Below are positions 19,962 to 26,749 of a stretch of DNA of 64,000 nucleotides, piece by piece (within the stretch, counting starts at the first letter, position 1; each line of letters begins with the position of its first letter). The DNA is taken from positions 64,001-128,000 of the IMG/VR virus record IMGVR_UViG_3300045988_163643, one strand, 5' to 3'. Source of the DNA: a virus. The notes below the pieces were generated by a model, which ran no database searches, was not told the DNA's origin, and worked only from the letters and a program-made list of their open reading frames with translations. Position numbers and translations under genes: made by a program.

Positions 19962-20047
19962 ACAAAACCCTCCTAAAAATTTCATTTTCAAGATTAATTT
20001 TAATTTTAATCTTGTAACTGAAAAGGGGAAACTTAATTCCCCTTTTC

Positions 20048-20230
20048 TTAAAGTGTATCTAAAAAATCATTAACCATTGTAACTTCTTCAGGAGATAATA
20101 ATATCTCCATATGGCAATAATTAGAGTTAATATAACTATTTTCAAAAGTTATATTAATTTCATGTAAAAAGTTCATTAATAAATTAGCTTCTTTTTTACT
20201 TAATTCAATATTATAATATTTTTTATTCAT
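20048..20230 (-). CDS. hypothetical protein
   Basis: 60 aa, SD TAGGAGGG. Confidence 0.45.
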   Translation of the reverse strand: MNKKYYNIELSKKEANLLMNFLHEINITFENSYINSNYCHMEILLSPEEVTMVNDFLDTL

Positions 20231-20355
20231 ATATAAAACCCTCCTAAAATTTTAATTATTAACTATAATATAATCATTATATAAAGTCAATAAATATTTT
20301 AATTCTCATGAAAAATTTTAATTCTGAGCAACTGAAGAAGGAAAAACCCTTCTTC

Positions 20356-20595
20356 TTATAAATTTTCAACTTCTATGCTTATAATTGTATTACAGTTACA
20401 AGTTATTAAGAATCCTACTTTACTTTTTAAAGACTTTACAAATAGTCCTTGAAAATAATCACCTTTACAATATGAATTTTTAGGACTATAGCCTATAGTA
20501 TTCATAAAAGGTATTATTCTTTTTTCACCTTTTGCAATATTTATTTCTTTTATTTCCTCTTCATTAAATTTTTCCATTAATTCATAATTTTTCAT
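20356..20595 (-). CDS. hypothetical protein
   Basis: 79 aa, SD TAGGAGGG. Confidence 0.45.
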   Translation of the reverse strand: MKNYELMEKFNEEEIKEINIAKGEKRIIPFMNTIGYSPKNSYCKGDYFQGLFVKSLKSKVGFLITCNCNTIISIEVENL

Positions 20596-20673
20596 ATATA
20601 AAACCCTCCTAAATTTTTAATTATCATGAAAGTAATTAACTTTCAGCAACTGAAGAAGGAAAAACCTTTCTTC

Positions 20674-20853
20674 TTAGTCAATGAAAAAATCAATTGAATT
20701 TTTAGAAAATAATACATTAAATTTATGAAAAAATTCAATATCTATTTGAGAATTTTTTTCATTGAAAAATGATTGAATATTATAATCTTCAAAATATACT
20801 TTTGTATTTACTACTATTGTTAATAATAATATTATATTTATTATTTTTTTCAT
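20674..20853 (-). CDS. 59-aa protein with N-terminal hydrophobic segment
   Basis: MKKIINIILLLLTIVVNTKV..., SD TAGGAGGG. Below the track cutoff. Confidence 0.4.
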   Translation of the reverse strand: MKKIINIILLLTIVVNTKVYFEDYNIQSFFNEKNSQIDIEFFHKFNVLFSKNSIDFFID

Positions 20854-20918
20854 ATATAAAACCCTCCTAAAATTTTAATTTATTCAGTAATTTAAATTAC
20901 TGTAACTGAAGAAGAAAA

Positions 20919-21713
20919 TTAAATTTCTTCTTCTTCCATACTTTCTATATTATTTACTTTATTTTCAATAATCAAAAAGAATTCGTTTGCTATTGATTCA
21001 AAAGTTGCCCATACTATTTCAGTATAATTGAATTTATTGATAGATATTTCATCTTTTTCAATTAATGTATTAAAGTAATTTTGTATTTCATCTAAATTAT
21101 TTATGAAGAATTTTTTTATATTAGTATTATATTTTAACTCAAATATTGCTTCAGAGCAACCATTTTTTCTAAATTCATCTATGAATTCTTTAACATGATT
21201 TAAGCATTCAAAAGTCTTAATATATTTTTCTAATATATCTAATACTTCATTTTTTAAATTACTTTTACTTCTTAATTCTTCTTCCATTGTAATTAATAAA
21301 GTGTCCATTTTTTTATTATTGTCTATGTCTTCTTCCATGCTCTCGACAAAATTTATTTCATCTTCTATTTCATAGAAAAATTCTTTTGCTATGAATTCAA
21401 AAGTTACGGAAGCTATTTCAGTATAATTGAATTCATAGATAGATATTTCACCTTTTTCAATTAATGTATTAAAGTAATTTTGTATTTCATCTAAATTATT
21501 TATGAAGAATTCTTTTCTATTATTATAACGCATTAATTCAGGTATTACACCTATTAAGCTGACACCTTCCATAAAGTCCCTAACTTCTTCTAAATCTTTA
21601 CATTCTTTAATATGATTTATTAACATATCTAATACTTCATTTTTCAAATTACTTTCTTCCTTCATGTCTTCTATACCATTTAATAACATTTCTATTTTTT
21701 CACTATTTCTCAT
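20919..21713 (-). CDS. tandemly duplicated YGC-family-related protein
   Basis: Two internal repeats (NEVLDM/ILINHIKE...FFINNLDEIQNYFNTLIEK(G/D)EISI) related to 17588 and 21777. Confidence 0.55.
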   Translation of the reverse strand: MRNSEKIEMLLNGIEDMKEESNLKNEVLDMLINHIKECKDLEEVRDFMEGVSLIGVIPELMRYNNRKEFFINNLDEIQNYFNTLIEKGEISIYEFNYTEIASVTFEFIAKEFFYEIEDEINFVESMEEDIDNNKKMDTLLITMEEELRSKSNLKNEVLDILEKYIKTFECLNHVKEFIDEFRKNGCSEAIFELKYNTNIKKFFINNLDEIQNYFNTLIEKDEISINKFNYTEIVWATFESIANEFFLIIENKVNNIESMEEEEI

Positions 21714-21776
21714 ATAAAACCCTCCTAAAAATTTAATTTATTCAGTAATTTAAATTACTGTTACTGAAGAAGAAAA

Positions 21777-22133
21777 TTAAACTTCTTCTTCTTCCATTGT
21801 TTCAACTTCATTATATATTATACTTGTCATATATTCAAAAGCTAACCAACTTAAATTATTTGCGTTTACTTCAAAATCAGGACTTAAATTATCTTTAAGT
21901 TGATTGTAAATGTCGAATATTTCTTCTATATGTTTAATGAAGAAACATTTTGTTTCATTAAAGTATATTAATTCAGGCACTGTACCACTAATACAACCGT
22001 AATTCATAACATCTTCTAAAAATCCTTTTTCTACTTCATAATTTTCTATATTGTTTAAGATTATATCAATAACACTATCCTTTAATTCGCTTTCTCCATA
22101 TAAATTATTTAATAATTCACTATATTTTTTCAT
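21777..22133 (-). CDS. YGC(S/I)SG-motif acidic protein, paralog family member
   Basis: MNYGCISGTVPELIYFNETKCFFIKHIEEIF...NNLSWLAFEYM. Confidence 0.55.
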   Translation of the reverse strand: MKKYSELLNNLYGESELKDSVIDIILNNIENYEVEKGFLEDVMNYGCISGTVPELIYFNETKCFFIKHIEEIFDIYNQLKDNLSPDFEVNANNLSWLAFEYMTSIIYNEVETMEEEEV

Positions 22134-22249
22134 AATAAAAACCCTCCTAAAAATTATAAATTTTATTCAGAGCAACTCAAATATCAATTTTGAATTACTG
22201 TTACTGAAAAAGTATAGGACTTATAAAATCCCTTGTTTTTTCTATATTC

Positions 22250-22582
22250 TTATTCTTCAATTTTAAAATTCTTTATCTCAAGTCCATAATTGACTTGAGA
22301 CTTTCTATTTGTGTATTTTTTAACTTTTGCCCTAAATGTCAACTTTTGTCCTTCTTTAATGTTTTCCTTAAATATTTTCTTTGTAACACTACTTATCATG
22401 TCACAAAGACAATGACAACATATAAAATCATTGTTTTGATATATATTGTTTATCAATGCAACTTTTCTACACCCTCTTTTTTCAATTCGGTTAAAAGTTC
22501 CTTTGAATTCGACAATACTATCATTTAGTTTTTCAAGTTCTTTTCTATATTCATATCTTCCGTTTTTAGAATTAATATACAT
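22250..22582 (-). CDS. hypothetical protein (first gene of the leftward arm)
   Basis: 110 aa, SD AAGGGGGA. Confidence 0.5.
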   Translation of the reverse strand: MYINSKNGRYEYRKELEKLNDSIVEFKGTFNRIEKRGCRKVALINNIYQNNDFICCHCLCDMISSVTKKIFKENIKEGQKLTFRAKVKKYTNRKSQVNYGLEIKNFKIEE

Positions 22583-22599
22583 TTAAAATCCCCCTTTTT

Positions 22600-23040
22600 T
22601 TAACAAACAAGGGATTTTATAATTCCTATACCTTTTCCTATAACTGAAAAGGAAAAAATCCTTTTCCGTTTTTTTTAGGAGGAGGGAACATATTTAATTA
22701 TATAATAGGATTTTTATCATTGACCTCCTATGCCCTTGTAAATAGTCAATGACTGTTAAGTACTAAAACCTAACTTTTGATTATTACCTTATAACCCTCT
22801 GAGCACTTTTCAAAAGTTCCGACTTAAAAAGTATGAGTTCGTAAGTACTTATTAGAATTAATCTAACAGTTTACCTATATAACCTTTGATAATAGGGTTT
22901 TTATCAAAAGCACCTTTTAAGTTTTCCCTTTTGCCAGTTACCTAAAAGTTGTAAGATAATGCTTAATTCTATCAGGTGATATATTAAGCTTCTATTATAT
23001 ACCCTAAGCGTATAGCTTAAGGATTTTTTATTTCTTTTAT
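22600..23040 (-). other. ~0.4-kb untranslated leader / candidate structured RNA downstream of the triple promoter
   Basis: No ORF on either strand. Visibly higher GC than its surroundings. Several local hairpins (CCTTAAGC..GCTTAGGG, CTTTGATAATAGGGTTTTTATCAAAG, GGAGG..CCTCC). Confidence 0.3.
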
Positions 23041-23047
23041 TACCTTA

Positions 23048-23076
23048 ATTGTATCAGGTCTTTTATTTAATGTCAA
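23048..23076 (-). promoter_or_regulatory. early promoter P1, TTGACA-17-TACAAT
   Basis: Exact -35; part of a ~100-bp module repeated three times. Confidence 0.6.
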
Positions 23077-23150
23077 GTACTTTTTAAAAATCTTTTAAAA
23101 CTTTTTAAGTAGCTCCTAAGTTGTTTTCCTAAGTTGTTATTTATACTTAT

Positions 23151-23179
23151 ATATTATCATGTCTTTTATCTAATGTCAA
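23151..23179 (-). promoter_or_regulatory. early promoter P2, TTGACA-17-TAATAT
   Basis: Same module, including the AAACTTTTAAAACTTTTTAAGT...CCTAAGTTGTT repeat. Confidence 0.55.
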
Positions 23180-23249
23180 CTATTTTTTTTAAAAAACTTT
23201 TAAAACTTTTTAAGTGCTTTCCTAAGTTGTTATTTATTTTATTAACTTA

Positions 23250-23278
23250 ATTGTATTTAACCTCTTATCTAATGTCAA
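23250..23278 (-). promoter_or_regulatory. early promoter P3, TTGACA-17-TACAAT
   Basis: Third copy of the module. Confidence 0.6.
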
Positions 23279-23299
23279 CTATTTTTTTTATGTTTTTTT

Positions 23300-23420
23300 A
23301 TGTTTTTTGTATACATTAAAATGAATATTGTATTTTTTATATTGTATACATTATTTTGTATATTGTATTTTGAATAATGAATTTTGTATATTGTTTAATG
23401 TATACAGTATACCTATACTC
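23300..23420. repeat. TGTATA(C/T)-type short-motif array, block 1
   Basis: TGTATACA, TGTATATTGTAT and ATGTATACAGTATAC motifs, closely spaced. Confidence 0.7.
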
Positions 23421-23596
23421 TTTTATATTGATTTTCAAAATTCATATTTCTATTTTATTTTTTTCTAATATTGCCGTGTGACGTGATATAAGGCAATTTA
23501 AGGATTTTCAGAGCAGTTACTGTATAATTTATTCAATTGATTAATATATCCTCTTATATTGCCTTATATGGATACATGAAAACTTTTAAAAAATTA

Positions 23597-23624
23597 TTGA
23601 CATTAAATAAAGTTATGCTATCAT
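23597..23624 (+). promoter_or_regulatory. candidate promoter TTGACA-16-TATCAT
   Basis: Exact -35, imperfect -10. About 45 nt upstream of the small ORF. Confidence 0.4.
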
Positions 23625-23667
23625 TATATTAAATATTAATAAAATTAAATAAAGGTGGTTGATTGAA

Positions 23668-23865
23668 TTGAAGAAATATAGTATAGAAATAAAAGGCAAT
23701 ATATGGACAAGAGAATTAATTATAAATATATGCAGGGAAAAATCAATTAAATATAATGTAACAGAGTTATTAAGTGGATTAAAATATTGTATGCAATTAA
23801 ATGATTTAGGCTTTTGGGACTATCATTATTTCAATAGACTTAAAAAAATAGAAGAGAAAAAATAG
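23668..23865 (+). CDS. 65-aa hypothetical protein (TTG start)
   Basis: GGTGG SD 9 nt upstream of TTG 23668. Followed directly by a terminator. Confidence 0.4.
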   Translation: MKKYSIEIKGNIWTRELIINICREKSIKYNVTELLSGLKYCMQLNDLGFWDYHYFNRLKKIEEKK

Positions 23866-23891
23866 TAGAGACTGCTCTGCTATTTTTTTTA
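23865..23891 (+). terminator. rho-independent terminator
   Basis: AGTAGAG-ACTG-CTCTGCT stem followed by a T8 run. Confidence 0.6.
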
Positions 23892-24090
23892 TTGTATATA
23901 TGAATAACTGTTCATATGTTTATATGTTTAATTGTATGCAATATACTATATAATGCATCATGTATACAATATAATATATCATGTATTGTTTATTATGTAT
24001 AGTGTATAATGTATGCAATATTATGCATATTGTATCTTGTATGCAATATATAATATACTGTATGTAATATTATGTATATTGTATTATATT
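23890..24090. repeat. TGTAT(A/G)CAATAT array, block 2
   Basis: TGTATACAATATAAT at 23961. TGTATGCAATAT at 23933, 24010 and 24040. Confidence 0.75.
23897..23916. promoter_or_regulatory. palindrome ATATGAA-TAACTG-TTCATAT (SOS-box-like)
   Basis: 7-bp perfect arms. Related copies at 24528-24549, 24602-24622, 24662-24681 and 24929-24948. Confidence 0.5.
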
Positions 24091-24424
24091 AGTTAACTTG
24101 TAAACTATTATCATATTGATAATAAATAATACTTGACAAATAAACAGTTGTTCTGTAATCGAACGTAGCATATTTTATAATGTTTGTCAACAGTTATTTT
24201 TAGCTAAAAAGTTTAGTATAAGTAAACAATGCAAGTGTGAAACCATTGAAAATACTATATTATCATATTGATAAATTTACAAATACTAAGAAAAAATCAT
24301 GACCCATTTAAATCGATTCTAAGAGGGCGAACAAAATCCCTCTTTATAGTTAATCCTTTATATGAAGTCACTCTATACAGAGCTTTAAAATCGACGGTAA
24401 AAGGTCGGTATATATTTTTAAAAA

Positions 24425-24900
24425 GGTGACTATACATTTTATTGTATGTAATATATTGTATACAATTTATTATCATAATGATAATATATGAATAGATATT
24501 CAGGTATTCATATATAGAATTGTATAACATATGAATAACTGTTCATATGTTTAATTATTCAATCGTATTAGTTGATTTGTGAACTACTATCAATATGATA
24601 ACATATGAGTGATTGTTCATATAATATGTATAATGTATACAATATAATGTACTATGTATACGTATGAGTAACTGTTCATATATTCATATATATACTGTAT
24701 AGTGTATAATGTTTATTGTATACAATATAATATACTATGTATGATATATTATGTATGTTGTACTATGTATACAATATAATGTATAGTGTACTATGTACTA
24801 TGTATGGTGCATGATATGTAGTGTACTATGTATGGTGTATACAATATAATGTACTATGTATGATATACTATGTATGTTGTACTATGTATACAATATAGTT
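24425..24900. repeat. TGTATACAATATA array with ~115-bp tandem duplication, block 3
   Basis: TGTATACAATATA at 24634, 24717, 24766, 24836 and 24886. Long repeat GTACTATGTATGATATA(T/C)TATGTATGTTGTACTATGTATACAATATA occurs twice. Confidence 0.8.
24528..24549. promoter_or_regulatory. palindrome CATATGAA-TAACTG-TTCATATG
   Basis: 8-bp perfect arms. Confidence 0.5.
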
Positions 24901-24969
24901 GATAAGTGAACTATTATCAATATGATAACATATGAGTTACTGTTCATACGTTCATATGATAGTATGATA

Positions 24970-24981
24970 GAACAACTGTTC
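24970..24981. promoter_or_regulatory. perfect GAAC-N4-GTTC (Cheo/LexA-box-like)
   Basis: Reads GAACAACTGTTC. A reverse-orientation GAACAACTGTTT lies at ~24145-24156. Confidence 0.4.
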
Positions 24982-25173
24982 CTATGATGTTCTATGTTAG
25001 TAGAACATATGGTACAATAATCGAACTGCATAGAATTGATTGTAAGGCGTTTGCGTGATGTTCTTCTTATGTTACATCGTTGATAGTGTTCCTTCTCTTA
25101 TATTGCCTTGTATTGCCTCATAAGGTTACATTGAAAAAATTAGTGTATTAGAGAAAAAATTTTCATAGGATTG

Positions 25174-25202
25174 TTGACACGGAAAAGGGTAACTGCTATA
25201 AT
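25174..25202 (+). promoter_or_regulatory. consensus sigmaA promoter TTGACA-17-TATAAT
   Basis: Both hexamers perfect, 17-nt spacer. Confidence 0.7.
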
Positions 25203-25239
25203 TATGTTAATAAAAGATAAATAAAAGGGAGTTGATAGT

Positions 25240-25401
25240 ATGAAGAAGTTATTATTTGTTTTGGTGATTTTAGGAGTTATGGTGATTTTTAAGGACTGCT
25301 TATTAATAGGTTTAATGGATATTGTTGATTTTGTGGGTAACTTGTTTAACTTGAATACCGTTGTATTAATTGACTTCTTAAATAATTTATATTATTTATA
25401 A
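25240..25401 (+). CDS. 53-aa hydrophobic peptide
   Basis: MKKLLFVLVILGVMVIFKDCLLIGLMDIVDFVGNLFNLNTVVLIDFLNNLYYL. SD AAGGGAG. Perfect promoter and strong terminator. Below the track cutoff. Confidence 0.5.
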   Translation: MKKLLFVLVILGVMVIFKDCLLIGLMDIVDFVGNLFNLNTVVLIDFLNNLYYL

Positions 25402-25408
25402 GAGGAAT

Positions 25409-25441
25409 AAGTGGGATATATTTTATCCCACTTATTTTTTT
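25409..25441 (+). terminator. rho-independent terminator
   Basis: AAGTGGGA...TCCCACTT stem followed by a T-run. Confidence 0.7.
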
Positions 25442-25464
25442 ATGAAATATGCTCAGGTGATTTT

Positions 25465-25615
25465 ATGTATATTGTATGGTGTGTGGTGAATAGTGTATAC
25501 AGTATTTTTTATTATGTATAATGTATTGTTTATTGTATTGTATATTGTATTATGTATTGTATTATGTTTATTGTATAATGTATTGTATAATGTATAATGT
25601 ATATTATGTATATAT
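25465..25615. repeat. TGTAT-type array, block 4
   Basis: Runs of ATTGTAT, ATGTATAATG and TTGTATAATG. Confidence 0.7.
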
Positions 25616-25685
25616 GGTGATATAAAAGAATTTTATATATTTTTATAAAATATTATATTTTAAAAAGCCAGTGCTCTGTATAAAA

Positions 25686-25770
25686 TTTTAGGGAATTTTG
25701 TGGGGAATTTTAGGGAATTTTAGGGAATTTTAAGGATTTTATAGGGGGACTCTGAAAATTTTGTGGGATA
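25686..25770. repeat. helically phased GGGAATTTT(A/G) repeats
   Basis: Six to seven units at 10-12 bp spacing (TAGGGAATTTT, GTGGGGAATTTT, ...). Confidence 0.75.
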
Positions 25771-26160
25771 TATAATAGGGGGTGGGTCGGGAAAAATCCC
25801 ACCAAGGATTTTATATGTACAGGATTTTAAAAAACAGTTCTTAGAGAACTATTTACAAATTCGACACGAAGGGGGTAGTTTATGTATAATTCGACAAAAT
25901 TCTACACAAATATGAGTCTAGTCCCTTTATCTACACACTATTAAATTTCATCAAAATATTATTAAATTTCACTAATATTTCATCAATATTAAATTTACAA
26001 GATTAATCATATATAAAAATAATACTCTAAAACGCACTATAAAAATACATCACATTGTATACACAACATTGTATACACGATTGTACATTACCACACCACC
26101 ATCCATACACCACCTATTCCCCTATAACAAGCAATGAAATAAAAAGGAGGGGGGTACTTT

Positions 26161-26271
26161 ATGATAATATCAATTATCAAATCAATAATATCACTTCCCC
26201 TTATATACACTATCCCAATAAAATCCAATAAAAATAACTTAAAAATAACTATAAAAAACGTACTATTTTAA
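26161..26271 (+). CDS. candidate 36-aa peptide
   Basis: Strong AGGAGGGGGG SD ~10 nt upstream of the ATG. No promoter identified. Confidence 0.25.
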   Translation: MIISIIKSIISLPLIYTIPIKSNKNNLKITIKNVLF

Positions 26272-26409
26272 ATCAATTTCAGTATATTTTTAATCAAAAA
26301 CATACCATTTTCGACCAATTTTGTTACATTTTTGTACCATTTTAACCTAAAATAATCATAAAATATACGATATACCATATAAAAAGTAATGTATCAAAAT
26401 CATATAAAG

Positions 26410-26454
26410 TTATCCACAATTTCAACAAAGTTATCCACAGAATAATGTGGATTA
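26410..26454. promoter_or_regulatory. DnaA-box cluster
   Basis: Two perfect TTATCCACA boxes (26410-26418, 26431-26439) and one inverted 8/9 box, TGTGGATTA (26446-26454). Confidence 0.6.
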
Positions 26455-26538
26455 AAAATAACGATAAATCACGAAAATATTAATATGTCTATTTTTATAA
26501 TCCCTCAAATCTCATTTTTTAAAGGTAAATAAAAAAAA

Positions 26539-26592
26539 TGTACGGTTAACCGAATAAGAAAAAATCCTACAAAAAATACATGGTTAACCGTA
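26539..26592. repeat. 12-bp inverted repeat GTACGGTTAACC / GGTTAACCGTAC
   Basis: Perfect arms, 30-bp spacer. Each arm contains the palindrome GGTTAACC. Confidence 0.8.
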
Positions 26593-26667
26593 CTCAAGAA
26601 ATTAAAACAAATAAAATACATGATTAATGATATATAAAAACGATATAACATTATTGATGCTTAAAAA

Positions 26668-26700
26668 GAGTAAAAAAATAACCTACTTATAATAGTAGGC
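26668..26700 (-). terminator. terminator downstream of the fibre operon
   Basis: CCTACT...AGTAGG stem with a T-run on the minus strand. Similar to the hairpin at 36962. Confidence 0.55.
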
Positions 26701-26749
26701 TATCTTAATTTATCTTTTTTCTTACGCAATTGATTCATATTGTGTAAAT

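Noticed and set aside
24297-24530. 77-aa ORF on the minus strand
   Set aside because: It lies in the repeat/low-complexity region, has no SD or promoter, and its composition is driven by the TGTATA-type repeats.
23290-25620. Possible CRISPR array, suggested by the many short repeats
   Set aside because: The repeats are 6-15 bp, irregularly spaced and overlapping. There are no constant-length repeat/spacer units and no cas genes.
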